A stretch of 64,000 nucleotides of DNA from contig DASZXC010000008.1 in NCBI GenBank assembly GCA_035546035.1, positions 252,265 to 316,264 of the forward strand, in the 5' to 3' direction. The DNA is from Minisyncoccota bacterium. GTDB taxonomy: Bacteria; Patescibacteriota; Minisyncoccia; Phycocordibacterales; UBA6065. Below, in pieces: positions 53,283 through 63,088 of the stretch; position 1 is the first letter of the stretch; each line of letters begins with the position of its first letter. The position numbers and the translations under genes were made by a program. The notes beneath the pieces are model-generated. The model did no database searches. It had not been told where the DNA came from and saw only the letters and a list, made by a program, of their open reading frames with translations.

Positions 53283-54452
53283 TTAGACGATCCTCGTATC
53301 TTTTAGGGCATACGTATAGCGCAGGCCATAGAGCATAAAGAGGCCAAGGAATACGAATAAGCCTTTTATATCGAAACCAAAGAAAAGGATCGTCGCAATA
53401 ACGGGGCTCACGATATAGGCGAGAGGGCGCACCATACGCGCAAAGCTGATGATATTCGTATTCGAGGCATTTACGTGCTTGAAGAAATAGATATCTATCA
53501 TCACTTCGGCCGATGCGGCGCCGACGCGGGTCAGGAATAATATTGCCGCCCAGATCACCGCATTATGGTCGGTCACGAATCCGATCGCCCCCGTCGCGAG
53601 GCCCATCAGAATGAAGCTCGCCGTTAGCACCTTCTTCTCGCCATGCCTGTCGGCGAATCGTCCCAAAGGACCGCCTACCAGTACGAACGGGATCAGCATA
53701 AACGTGAATATGAGGCCGATCTGCGACCAGTCGAAGCCGACCGTCTCGTGAAGGTATATCGGCGTGTAAATGATCATCCAGGCATAGAAGAATTGGAGCA
53801 GGAAGCTCAAAAAGAGGATGCTTTTGACGTCGCGGTCTGCCCATACCTGAATGAAGCCCTTCCAGAACGGCAGGCGGCTGTATGCGGGGTCTTTGACGTC
53901 GCGCAGGCCGAAGAATACGAGGAATATCGCCGGTATCAGGGTTATGCCCGCAACGGCGTACATATTGCCGTATATGTTGTCTTTGAGTATCGCTGATGTG
54001 ATAAGGGGCGCTATGAGCCACGCCGCGTTCGTTATGGCGAAGAACGCGCCGCGTATCTTGCCGGTCCTCGCATCGCTCGAGAATCCTTCCAAGAAGACGT
54101 CGATGGTGAAGTTCGTGAGCGCGACGGCGACGAAGTTCAATATGAACGACGAGACGATGACGATGACCGACTGGCCCGTCGCAAGGCCCGCAAGCGACAG
54201 CATAGAGAGAAAAAGCAGACCGAGGGTCGTCTTGAAATTGCCGAAGCGGCGCAGGGCGTCGGACATCTCGACGAATGCCATGATGGCGATGATAGAGCTC
54301 GCGGTGTATATGATGCCGACGAGCCCGTCGCCCGTGAATTTGGCGAGGAACGACGAATTCACGTACGTCGGAATGGCATAGCTCAAGTTGAATACGAATC
54401 CGATGACGTACATCACGAACCGCTTTCCGACGAGCCTTTTCTCTTCTGGCAT
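53283..54452 (-). CDS. MFS transporter
   Basis: About 12 TMs; GRFADRHGEK motif A. Confidence 0.9.
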   Translation of the reverse strand: MPEEKRLVGKRFVMYVIGFVFNLSYAIPTYVNSSFLAKFTGDGLVGIIYTASSIIAIMAFVEMSDALRRFGNFKTTLGLLFLSMLSLAGLATGQSVIVIVSSFILNFVAVALTNFTIDVFLEGFSSDARTGKIRGAFFAITNAAWLIAPLITSAILKDNIYGNMYAVAGITLIPAIFLVFFGLRDVKDPAYSRLPFWKGFIQVWADRDVKSILFLSFLLQFFYAWMIIYTPIYLHETVGFDWSQIGLIFTFMLIPFVLVGGPLGRFADRHGEKKVLTASFILMGLATGAIGFVTDHNAVIWAAILFLTRVGAASAEVMIDIYFFKHVNASNTNIISFARMVRPLAYIVSPVIATILFFGFDIKGLFVFLGLFMLYGLRYTYALKDTRIV

Positions 54453-54460
54453 GAAGCCAA

Positions 54461-56440
54461 TTATATCGTGAGAAGGACCGGAATGACCACCGGGCGCTTC
54501 GCGGTCTCCTGGAAGAGGTGCCTCGAGACCGTATCGGTGACGTTAGCCTTGATCATTTCGACGTTGAGGGGATTCATGCCGCGGGCGGTATCTTCGATGG
54601 TGTTCTTGATGATGTCGCGGGTGTCGCGGAGGAGGTCCTGGGATTCGCGAAGGTATACGAAGCCGCGGGAGATGATATCCGGAGACTTGCGAAGGCGACC
54701 CGTCTGGGCGTCTATGACGGCGAAGACGATGAACATGCCGTCCTGAGCGAGCGACTGGCGGTCGCGGAGGACCACTTCCTGCGCGTCGCCCACGGCGAAG
54801 CCGTCGACAAGCACCAAGTTCGCAGGAGCCTTCTCCTTGAGGACGCGGATCTTCCTGCCTTCCTCGTAGATCTCGATGACCGAGCCGTTGTCGGGCACGA
54901 CGACGTTCTCGCGCGGAGTGCCGAGGGACATGGAGAGCTCTGCGTGCTGGCGGAGGAAATAGTGGTAGCCGTGAAGGGGCACGAAGAAGCGGTACTTGAT
55001 CTGCTCGTGTATCCATTTCAATTCGTCGCGGTTGCCGTGGCCCGATGCGTGGATATCCGAGTCGAGATAGGTGATGACGCGCGCCTCGGTGCGGTAGAGA
55101 TTGTCCTTCAATTTGATGACGGCGTTGTAGTTCGTCGGGATGATAGACGAAGAGAGGAGGATGGTATCGGTCTTGCGGAGCTGGACGTGCTTGTGCTGCT
55201 TCGTCGCCATGCGCATGAGGGCGGCGAATTCCTCGCCCTGGGCGCCGGTCACGAGCATTACGATCCTGTCAGGCGGGTATTTCTCGATGTCTTCGACGGG
55301 AATGATGTTCTTGATCTCCGCGAGCTTGAGGTGTTTGATGATGTCGACGTTGGTCTTCATCGAGCGTCCCTCGACGACGACTTTCTTGTTGTATTTCTCC
55401 GCGGCCTTGATGATGGCGATGATGCGCTCTACCTGGGACGCGAAGGTGCCGATGATGAGACGACCTGACGTAGTCTGGATGAACTTGTCTATATTCTCGA
55501 TGACGACGGATTCAGAGAGCGAGAAGCCGGGCTTTTCGATCGACGTCGAGTCCATGGTCAACAGGAGGACGTTGCGGTCCTTGAACTGGCGGTACTGCTC
55601 GATCTCTTCTTCGGTGGGGACGCCCTTGATGTTGTCCACGCGCACGTCTTCGATGAAGACGATGTCGCCGTACGGCGTATCTATGATGAGCCCCATCGAG
55701 TCAGGGATAGTGTGGGAGATAGGGAAGGTCTTCACCTTGATCTTGCCGCAGGTGATGGTCTCGTTGCCGCTGATGACTTTGATGTCGAGCGGTTCGAGGT
55801 GAGGAAACTCCTCCTGGCGCTTCTGGATCATGATGGCGCCGAACTGGCGGGTATAGAGAGGCGGGTACCCGATGCGGTCAACTACATATGGGATGCCGCC
55901 GATATGGTCCAGATGGCCGTGGGTGATGAAAAGGGCGCGGATGCGGTCTTTGCGCTCTTCGAGGTATTTCGTGTTCGGAAGGATGTAGTCGATGCCCGGC
56001 GTCGCCTCCTCTTTGAATTGAAAGCCGGCGTCGATGACGATGATGTCTTCGCCGATCTCGATAGCGGTCATGTTCTTGCCGATCTCTTCCACGCCGCCGA
56101 GCGGGATGATGCGGATATTGCCCGGAGCGATAGGCGGGATAGGGGCCAGAGGAGCGCGATTCTCGCTCCTTTCTTCGCCGATCTCGATAGCCGGGGTGCC
56201 CGCGCCGCCGTGAGCGCGGCTCGAGCCGCTCATGCCTCCGCGGGATCCGCCGAATCGGCGGGGACCCTTGCTCCGCATCATGCGCTTCATGCGCCCGCCG
56301 AGGCCTCCTCCCATGCCGCCGCGAGGCCCGCGAAAGCTCCTGCCTCCGCGATTGCCCCGCCTCGGTCCCCGTCCTTCGCCTGCATGATGAGGCGCTCCCG
56401 TCGTCCGTTCTGCCGTCTGTGGTTTGTTCTGATCTTCCAT
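54461..56440 (-). CDS. rnj: Ribonuclease J with an RG-rich N-terminal extension
   Basis: PLGGVEEIGKN, THGHLDHIG, HASGH, SRGFVY. Confidence 0.96.
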   Translation of the reverse strand: MEDQNKPQTAERTTGAPHHAGEGRGPRRGNRGGRSFRGPRGGMGGGLGGRMKRMMRSKGPRRFGGSRGGMSGSSRAHGGAGTPAIEIGEERSENRAPLAPIPPIAPGNIRIIPLGGVEEIGKNMTAIEIGEDIIVIDAGFQFKEEATPGIDYILPNTKYLEERKDRIRALFITHGHLDHIGGIPYVVDRIGYPPLYTRQFGAIMIQKRQEEFPHLEPLDIKVISGNETITCGKIKVKTFPISHTIPDSMGLIIDTPYGDIVFIEDVRVDNIKGVPTEEEIEQYRQFKDRNVLLLTMDSTSIEKPGFSLSESVVIENIDKFIQTTSGRLIIGTFASQVERIIAIIKAAEKYNKKVVVEGRSMKTNVDIIKHLKLAEIKNIIPVEDIEKYPPDRIVMLVTGAQGEEFAALMRMATKQHKHVQLRKTDTILLSSSIIPTNYNAVIKLKDNLYRTEARVITYLDSDIHASGHGNRDELKWIHEQIKYRFFVPLHGYHYFLRQHAELSMSLGTPRENVVVPDNGSVIEIYEEGRKIRVLKEKAPANLVLVDGFAVGDAQEVVLRDRQSLAQDGMFIVFAVIDAQTGRLRKSPDIISRGFVYLRESQDLLRDTRDIIKNTIEDTARGMNPLNVEMIKANVTDTVSRHLFQETAKRPVVIPVLLTI

Positions 56441-58237
56441 TTAATTGTTATTAAGTATCGAATCCTTGTCCTTCACGAATATGTCCCAGACCCGTTCGGT
56501 ATCCACGTACCAGCGCTCTACTCCGAGGAAGCGATCCGACGACGTCGTGATCTCTCCCAGCTCTACTCCATGGAGCTTTGCCGGAACGGCATAGAGGAAA
56601 TCGGGGCTCCAGAGGAATACCGCCGGGGTGTCGTTGGCGATCTCGGATTTGACCGTCGCGTACGAAGCCGCCGCAGCTGACGACGACGTGGCCGCCTGCA
56701 TCTTTTCCAGAGCCTTGTCCACTTTCTGGTTGGTATAAAGGGCGATATTAAGGCCCGGATCGTTCCTCTGGGACGAATGCCAGAACGGATAGAGGTCCGA
56801 GTTCTTGCCCGTTACGAGGCCGAAGAGGAGCGCGTCGTATTTGCGCGGCCTGATGACGCTCTGGTTCAGGTCAGACGGCTCGTATACCTGCACGTCCATG
56901 CGAGCGCCGAATGCCGTCCAGGTCTCCTCTAATCTCTTCGCCGCGAGGACGAGCTCCGGGACGTTCGCGGTAGAAAGGGTAAAGGCGAGGGTGGTCGTCG
57001 CCGCGCCTTTGGTCTTTGCCTTGTATTCGTATATGCCGGTATCGGGATTCTTCTTCCATCCTGCCTTCGCGAGGATCGCCGCGGCATTCGCCGCCGTGGT
57101 CGAGGCAGCCGCCGCGCCCGCGGCGTTCTTTTCGGTCGTGGTCGGAGGGAGCGGGCCGTCTACTGCCGTGCCGTATCCCGAGAGAACGCTCGCGATAAGC
57201 GAGTCTTTGTCGACGGCGGCGTTCAAGGCCTGACGGACTTCCTTTCGCGCCAGGATCTCGTTCTGGTTCTGGTCAAAGAAGACGCCGAAGACGCGGGTCA
57301 GAGGCGCGGTCAAAAGCGCCGCTCCGCCGATATTCGCCGCCGATGCCGGCGAAAGATTCGACGCGCTTTCTACTTCGCGGGCGACGAGGGCGTCGTCGAG
57401 CGCCTGCTCGGTCGCGAACGCTTTTATCGAAAGGCTTGTTATGTAGGGCTCGCCGAGAGCGTAGTCCGGATTGGCTTTGAGCACGAATTCGGTCGGAATG
57501 CCGTCGGACGACTTCAAGACCGAGGCGATGACGTACGGACCCGATCCGACCGCGGTGGTGTTAAGCGACGAGAACGGCATCTGGTCCACGGTCAGGCTCT
57601 TCCAGAGGTGCGACGGCAGGATGCCGAGCGTCAGATTGTTTATGAAAGGCGCGTACGCCTGCTTGAGCCTGAAGGTCACTTCCTTCGGTCCCGTCTTTTC
57701 GACGGTGACGCCTTGCCAGTTCACGTAGCGCGGGCTCTTCAGGGTCGAATCCTGGGCTTTCTGGACGGTATAGACGACGTCGTCGGCGGAAACGGCCGTT
57801 CCGTCGCTCCAGACGGCTTTGTCCCGGATCGTAAGGGTATAAGTAAGGCCGTCAGGCGAAATGGTGTACGACTGGGCGAGGTCAGGGACGATAGAGCCGT
57901 CCGGCTCTGCCTTGAGGAGGCCCGAATAGACGAGCTGGGTCAGGTCGCGGTCCGCGTCGGATACGGCAAGGAGGGGATTCACGAATCGCGGCGTGCCGAC
58001 GATGCCTTCGACGAGCGATCCGCCGCGGCGGGGCACGTCGACCGAAAAGCTATCGCTCACTTTTCCGAGCAAAGACAGAACGCCCCAGGCGAATGCCACG
58101 AAGCAGACGAGGAAGAGGACTTTCTCGGTTATGGAAAAAGACGAAGCGACGGAATCTATCTTTTCGAGGCTCTTGTTCTTGCGGTCGCGCGACAATGATT
58201 CGAGAAGCGCGCGGAAGAAAGGTTGTTTCTGTTCCAT
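56441..58237 (-). CDS. ABC peptide substrate-binding protein, family 5
   Basis: LVYSGL, PDLA, WSDG..ADDVVYT, GSGPY, VRQAL. Confidence 0.9.
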   Translation of the reverse strand: MEQKQPFFRALLESLSRDRKNKSLEKIDSVASSFSITEKVLFLVCFVAFAWGVLSLLGKVSDSFSVDVPRRGGSLVEGIVGTPRFVNPLLAVSDADRDLTQLVYSGLLKAEPDGSIVPDLAQSYTISPDGLTYTLTIRDKAVWSDGTAVSADDVVYTVQKAQDSTLKSPRYVNWQGVTVEKTGPKEVTFRLKQAYAPFINNLTLGILPSHLWKSLTVDQMPFSSLNTTAVGSGPYVIASVLKSSDGIPTEFVLKANPDYALGEPYITSLSIKAFATEQALDDALVAREVESASNLSPASAANIGGAALLTAPLTRVFGVFFDQNQNEILARKEVRQALNAAVDKDSLIASVLSGYGTAVDGPLPPTTTEKNAAGAAAASTTAANAAAILAKAGWKKNPDTGIYEYKAKTKGAATTTLAFTLSTANVPELVLAAKRLEETWTAFGARMDVQVYEPSDLNQSVIRPRKYDALLFGLVTGKNSDLYPFWHSSQRNDPGLNIALYTNQKVDKALEKMQAATSSSAAAASYATVKSEIANDTPAVFLWSPDFLYAVPAKLHGVELGEITTSSDRFLGVERWYVDTERVWDIFVKDKDSILNNN

Positions 58238-58292
58238 ATGAGAGCCCGCCCGAAGGCAAAGCTGTGTTGGTTACGTAAGGTAAGAGAGTTTC

Positions 58293-58523
58293 CTAGCGGA
58301 CGAGCGAGAGGAAAGAGGTGAGCGCGAAAAGGATGCCGAGGACGATAGTCGCGATGAAGAGCGTCTTTTCAAGGCCGCGCCTGGTATGGAATACCGAGCT
58401 CATATTGTCCGCGCTGCCGAGCGCGCCTCCGTTCTGCGCGCCTGTCTGCTGGAGAAGGACGGTCAGAATGAGGAGCACCGATATGGTTATCTGTATATAC
58501 GGCAGCACGCTAGAAATACTCAT
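58293..58523 (-). CDS. secG: Preprotein translocase subunit SecG
   Basis: VLLQ..GGALG..TRRGLEKTL with two TMs. Confidence 0.92.
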   Translation of the reverse strand: MSISSVLPYIQITISVLLILTVLLQQTGAQNGGALGSADNMSSVFHTRRGLEKTLFIATIVLGILFALTSFLSLVR

Positions 58524-58637
58524 GGAGGAGATACTACCACGCCTTCGGGAACGGCGCAATTCGAGGTCCGGCCAATAAAAAAGCCCGCGGCGGATGTTCA
58601 GTCCGGCGCGGGCTCGAGAGAGAGGGGGGGGGGAGAG

Positions 58638-58991
58638 CTATCGTTCAGAGTCGAAGGCGAGCGACGGATGCATGTCCCGCAGCTCGGCTTCGCTCATAGG
58701 CTCTGGCTGGACGAGGCTGCCGTCGTGGTACTTCTTGACGACGTATGCGACTCGTTTGATCGCCGGCATCCAGGCGTCTTCTTCGTTGAAGCGCTCGATG
58801 CAGACGCTGTTCTGGACCACCATGATGCTCAAGATCCCGAAGACTTCCATGATCTCCCGGAACGGCGCGGGAAAGGCTTTTTCCGGCATGTCTGCCGCCT
58901 GGCCTTTGAACCAGGAGATATCCGGGTGGATATCGCGGTCGAAATGCACGAAAGCGAGGCAAGAACTGACGATCTTGTATCCGTGAATCAT
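58638..58991 (-). CDS. Orphan hypothetical protein
   Basis: GC3-rich ORF with its own promoter and a terminator hairpin near 58577-58614. Confidence 0.6.
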   Translation of the reverse strand: MIHGYKIVSSCLAFVHFDRDIHPDISWFKGQAADMPEKAFPAPFREIMEVFGILSIMVVQNSVCIERFNEEDAWMPAIKRVAYVVKKYHDGSLVQPEPMSEAELRDMHPSLAFDSER

Positions 58992-59036
58992 TGTCGTTAA
59001 GGGTCTTAAGGGTTGAAAGTTCTAAGTTTGAGCCTA

Positions 59037-59077
59037 TTTTACATTATATTGACAGCTCTTGTCAAGAGGTGTATAAT
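59037..59077. promoter_or_regulatory. Overlapping divergent sigma70 promoters
   Basis: Plus strand TTGACA-N17-TATAAT (59049-59077); a second TTGACA on the minus strand at 59060-59065. Confidence 0.7.
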
Positions 59078-59125
59078 TAGGTTAGGTTAACGTCTCCTCA
59101 GTTCACCCTCAACCCCGATTACGCC

Positions 59126-59491
59126 ATGCTCTTCACATACGTTCTGGTCGCGGTGTGGATCGCCGCATATTTCGGTATCCTCATCGCGGATCTCGTCGGC
59201 CTCGCCGTGTACGCGTTCGAGAACCCTGACTGCAAAAAAGTCTCGGCGGCGGTGACGCTCGTCATCGGCGCTCTCCTCGTCGCGAGCCTCGGCTACGTCT
59301 CGATCCGCATCGCCCTGTTCTTCGGCTCCTATGTCTGGTGGAAAGAGCTCCTCGCCTCGCTCACGGTCTTCGCGATCTCCTGGAAGGCGAGCTGCAAGAT
59401 CTACAAGAACATGGATTTCTTCATCACCCACGTGGATTATGACCTGATCCAGGGCAAAAAGCGGCGCTCCCGCCCGCCCACGTTCGTCTGA
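59126..59491 (+). CDS. Orphan membrane protein (3 TM)
   Basis: Hydrophobic, GC3-rich ORF followed by a terminator near 59504-59550. Confidence 0.7.
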   Translation: MLFTYVLVAVWIAAYFGILIADLVGLAVYAFENPDCKKVSAAVTLVIGALLVASLGYVSIRIALFFGSYVWWKELLASLTVFAISWKASCKIYKNMDFFITHVDYDLIQGKKRRSRPPTFV

Positions 59492-59577
59492 AGGACTCAA
59501 GACAAAGCTCCCGCCGTCCGGCACTCCCGGATGCGCGGGGCTTTTTTCTTTGGTAGAATAAGGCTCCCCGCGGTTCC

Positions 59578-60231
59578 ATGAACGAACAAAACCATAAGGC
59601 CTCTCACAATCCCGTCCTGACCTTTCTCGACCGATTCCTCGACGTGCCGGAGGCTAAGGTCACGTATCTCACCAAAGCGACCGCCGTAGACCGGCTGCTC
59701 GCCAAGACCTTTCTCAAGCTCTTGCCTCCCGGCATCACGCCGAACGACATAACCAAGTTCAGGCTTCTTTCCGTTCCGTTCATCGGCGTCCTTCTCGGCT
59801 TCGATTTCTTCGCTTCCGGAACGGTGCTCTTCTTGTTCGCGGCATTCTCTGACGCGCTCGACGGCGCTCTCGCCAGGACGCAGAGGAAGATCACGACCTG
59901 GGGCACGCTCTATGATCCGATCGCGGACAAGCTCCTGATCGGCCTGGTCTCCGTCATTATCATCTCGAAATACGTGAGCACGCATCTGGCGCTCGCCATC
60001 GTCCTGATCGAGGTCGCCCTGGTATCGTCGGCGTATTACCGATATAAGGGCAGGGTGGTGCCGGCAAAGACCATGGGAAAGAGCAAGATGATCCTCCAGT
60101 GCGTGGGCATCATCGTGCTCCTCCTCTCAATTCTTTTTAATATCCCGGCACTGCTCGCGGTCGCTACGTGGATACTCTACGGAGCCGTCGTCTTCGGCCT
60201 TCTGTCGCTCTTTGTTTTTCGCTCGATATAA
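59578..60231 (+). CDS. CDP-alcohol phosphatidyltransferase (PgsA-like)
   Basis: PNDITKFR and DALDGALAR...G..YDPIADK signature. Confidence 0.92.
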   Translation: MNEQNHKASHNPVLTFLDRFLDVPEAKVTYLTKATAVDRLLAKTFLKLLPPGITPNDITKFRLLSVPFIGVLLGFDFFASGTVLFLFAAFSDALDGALARTQRKITTWGTLYDPIADKLLIGLVSVIIISKYVSTHLALAIVLIEVALVSSAYYRYKGRVVPAKTMGKSKMILQCVGIIVLLLSILFNIPALLAVATWILYGAVVFGLLSLFVFRSI

Positions 60232-60245
60232 TCCATACTTAAGCC

Positions 60246-60800
60246 ATGAAAAGATCAACCATAATCATCATCGTCGTTGTCGTACTGATCCTCGGATATA
60301 TAGGCGTCTCATATAATGGGCTCGTCACCGCGTCAGCGTCCGCCGACGCGCAGTGGGCGCAGGTAGAAACCCAGTATCAAAGGCGCTTCGACCTCATCCC
60401 GAATCTGGTGAACGCGGTCAAGGGCGCCATGAAGCAGGAGCAGGCGGTATTCGACGCTATAGCCGATGCTCGCACGCGATATTCGGGCGCCGCTACGGCG
60501 AGCGACAAGGCTGAAGCCGCGAGTGAAGTAGAGTCTGCGTACGCGCGGCTCCTCGTCGTTATGGAAAACTACCCGACGCTCAAGTCGTCCGAGAACGTCA
60601 TGACGCTCCAGGCACAGATAGAAGGCACTGAAAACCGCATATCGGTCGAGCGCGGCAGGTATAACGACGCGGTCCGGGACTATAACCTCCGCGTAGCGCG
60701 ATTCCCGAGCTCTCTCGTCGCGGGAACGTTCGGGTTCGGCGCCAAGGCATACTTCCAGTCCGCGGCGGGCGCCGACACGGCGCCGACCGTAGAGTTCTAA
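60246..60800 (+). CDS. lemA: LemA family protein
   Basis: YQRRFDLIPNLV, ENYPTLKS, ENRISVER. Confidence 0.95.
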   Translation: MKRSTIIIIVVVVLILGYIGVSYNGLVTASASADAQWAQVETQYQRRFDLIPNLVNAVKGAMKQEQAVFDAIADARTRYSGAATASDKAEAASEVESAYARLLVVMENYPTLKSSENVMTLQAQIEGTENRISVERGRYNDAVRDYNLRVARFPSSLVAGTFGFGAKAYFQSAAGADTAPTVEF

Positions 60801-60804
60801 ATAT

Positions 60805-61707
60805 ATGAAGCGAGCCGCCTTCATCATGAATGCGGTAGCGGCGCTCGCGAGCTCAATAATTATATTTTGCAGCCTCGCGAGCGCCGCTTTTGCCTATGTA
60901 AGCCCCGGCGAAGCCACGGGATACGCGAACGACTTCGCCCAAATACTTCCGGCCGATAAGCGGGCCGCTCTCGAATCGAAGCTCTCCGCATTCCATTCGG
61001 AAACAGGCGCAGAGATCGCCGTCGCGACGGTCAAAAGCCTCGACGGCGACACGGTAGAGGATTTCGCGGCGAAGCTTTTCCAGGAGTGGGGGATTGGAAG
61101 GAAAGATGCCGACAACGGCATGCTTATCCTCGTCGCCCCGAACGAACGGGAGATGAGGATCGAAGTCGGCTACGGGCTCGAACCTTCGGTGACCGACGCC
61201 GCGGCGTCTCTCATTGTGAGGAACATCATGATTCCGGCATTCCAAAAAGGCGATTATTACGCCGGCATAGACGCCGCGGCGGATCAGGCCATCGGGCTCA
61301 TCAAAAACGATCCTGAAGCGGTGAAGTGGGCGAACGACGCCGAACATGCCGATTCCGCCGCGATATCGACGGGCCTCGTCATATTCCTTCTCTTCATCGC
61401 GTTCCGCCTGCTCATATTCATGGCGACGACGAAATCCTGGTGGCTCGGCGGTGTCGTCGGCGGGGCGCTCGGCCTCATATTCATAGGCACGCTTTTCGGT
61501 ATTGCCGGATGCGCGCTGGGCGGACTTCTCGCCGATTTTCTTCTGTCCCGATTCGCAGGCGATTGGATCAAAAAGCATTTCCACGATCATCGCGGTCCGG
61601 GCGGCCCTTGGTTCATCGGCGGCCTTGGTGGGGGAAGGGGTGGCGGAGGATTCGGCGGGTTCGGAGGCGGATCATCGGGCGGCGGCGGCGCCAGCGGCCG
61701 CTGGTAA
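60805..61707 (+). CDS. TPM domain protein
   Basis: WGIGRKDADNG, RIEVGYGLE, Gly-rich tail ending GGASGRW. Confidence 0.93.
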   Translation: MKRAAFIMNAVAALASSIIIFCSLASAAFAYVSPGEATGYANDFAQILPADKRAALESKLSAFHSETGAEIAVATVKSLDGDTVEDFAAKLFQEWGIGRKDADNGMLILVAPNEREMRIEVGYGLEPSVTDAAASLIVRNIMIPAFQKGDYYAGIDAAADQAIGLIKNDPEAVKWANDAEHADSAAISTGLVIFLLFIAFRLLIFMATTKSWWLGGVVGGALGLIFIGTLFGIAGCALGGLLADFLLSRFAGDWIKKHFHDHRGPGGPWFIGGLGGGRGGGGFGGFGGGSSGGGGASGRW

Positions 61708-61736
61708 GCAGGCGGCTCCGCTCCGTAAGCTGGAAG

Positions 61737-62042
61737 CTATCGCGCGAGCCAGAGGGCGAAGGACAGATATATGATCGTGATGACCGCGAACGCTCCGACC
61801 GTCTTGAGGAAAAGATTCAGCGCCTCCTTCTTTTTCCCGTCGACGAGCAGGATCGCGGGCTGGTAAAAGAAGAGATATCCCATGAGGGCTACTGAAAGAG
61901 TGACGAGCGATACCATTCCCATCGGTATCAGCACGGTCTCCGGTCCCTGGAAGCGATTTTCGCCGACCCAGTTAAGCCCTAAGAAGATAAGCGCGATATA
62001 GCCTCCCGCCACAGCCGCATTATAGAAAGGATTTTTGCTCAT
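61737..62042 (-). CDS. Small membrane protein
   Basis: MSKNPFYNA.., LSVALMGYLFFYQP, 3 TMs. Confidence 0.8.
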   Translation of the reverse strand: MSKNPFYNAAVAGGYIALIFLGLNWVGENRFQGPETVLIPMGMVSLVTLSVALMGYLFFYQPAILLVDGKKKEALNLFLKTVGAFAVITIIYLSFALWLAR

Positions 62043-62122
62043 GTCCTTTAGAATAGCTGATATGCCGATAATGTTACATCGTTTGGCGAAAGTCTGCGCA
62101 TCGAGTATAAATAAGGTCTCAC

Positions 62123-62212
62123 GGAGGCGTCGCATAGTGGTCTAGTGCGCGACCCTGGAAAGGTCGTATATCCGAAAGGGTATCGAGAGTTCGAATCTCT
62201 CCGCCTCCGCCA
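62123..62212 (+). tRNA. tRNA-Ser(GGA)
   Basis: Long variable arm, anticodon loop CTGGAAA, encoded CCA. Confidence 0.95.
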
Positions 62213-62284
62213 GTTTGACAACGGTTTTTCCGTGCCTAGTATGGGGTCCAGAACCCTCAACCCAACCCTCGATATATCGAAATA

Positions 62285-63040
62285 ATGAGCAATGAACATA
62301 TCGCGCAGGAGAATCTCCGGGCGCTCGCCAGTAACCCGTATCCCGGTCGCGGATTCGTCCTCGGCCTTTCCGAGGACGGCGAGTCCTTCTTCCAGGTCTA
62401 TTGGATCATGGGCCGGAGCGAATCGAGTCGCAACCGCGTATTCGAATGTGGCATGGAGCAGCCGCTCTCTTTTTCCGGGCCTCGCGTCTCGACGAGGGCC
62501 GCCGATCCGTCCAAGGTCCAGGAGAAGGACCGGCATCTCATCATCTATGATGCGATGCTCGAGGCGCCTGGTCTCTTCGTCGTGAGCAACGGCGCCCAGA
62601 CCAATGCCGTTCGCGACGCTATGAAGGACGGCGCCTTCCTTATGGACTCTCTCAAGGACTGGCAATACGAGCCTGACGCGCCGAATCATACGCCCCGCAT
62701 CACGGGCGTGATCGACCTTCGTCCCGGCGGCGAGGCTGAAATCGCCGTGCTTCTCAAGACCCCGGACGGCGACGGATGCGTTCGGATGCGCTATCCTCTC
62801 GGCCTTCAGCCCGGTTTCGGATATTGCGTCACGACGTACGAGACCGACGGCAATCCGTTGCCTTCGTTCCGCAAACCGCCGTATATCATGCCGATCCGGG
62901 GCTTGGTTCACGATATCCTCGATACGTACTGGTCGGCGCTCGATAAGGTCAATCGGGTCGCGATCGTCGTAAAGCAGATCTGGCGCGAGCCGAAGTCATC
63001 GACCATCGCCATCGAGAACAAGCATCGGCTTCCCGGCTGA
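62285..63040 (+). CDS. IMP cyclohydrolase-like protein (PurO-like)
   Basis: YPGRG, YWIMGRSESSRNR, LIIY, SNGAQT, YEPDAPNHTPRITG. Confidence 0.85.
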   Translation: MSNEHIAQENLRALASNPYPGRGFVLGLSEDGESFFQVYWIMGRSESSRNRVFECGMEQPLSFSGPRVSTRAADPSKVQEKDRHLIIYDAMLEAPGLFVVSNGAQTNAVRDAMKDGAFLMDSLKDWQYEPDAPNHTPRITGVIDLRPGGEAEIAVLLKTPDGDGCVRMRYPLGLQPGFGYCVTTYETDGNPLPSFRKPPYIMPIRGLVHDILDTYWSALDKVNRVAIVVKQIWREPKSSTIAIENKHRLPG

Positions 63041-63059
63041 CCGCCTTCCGTTCTTTGCG

Positions 63060-63088
63060 AAGCCGCCACAAGAAGTGGCGGCTTTTTC
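63060..63088. terminator. Intrinsic terminator
   Basis: AAGCCGCCAC-aagaa-GTGGCGGCTT followed by a T-run. Confidence 0.8.

Noticed and set aside
58616-58637. GA repeat and G-run as a phase-variation tract
   Set aside because: It lies 3' of a stop codon next to a terminator, so a length change would not alter a frame or promoter.
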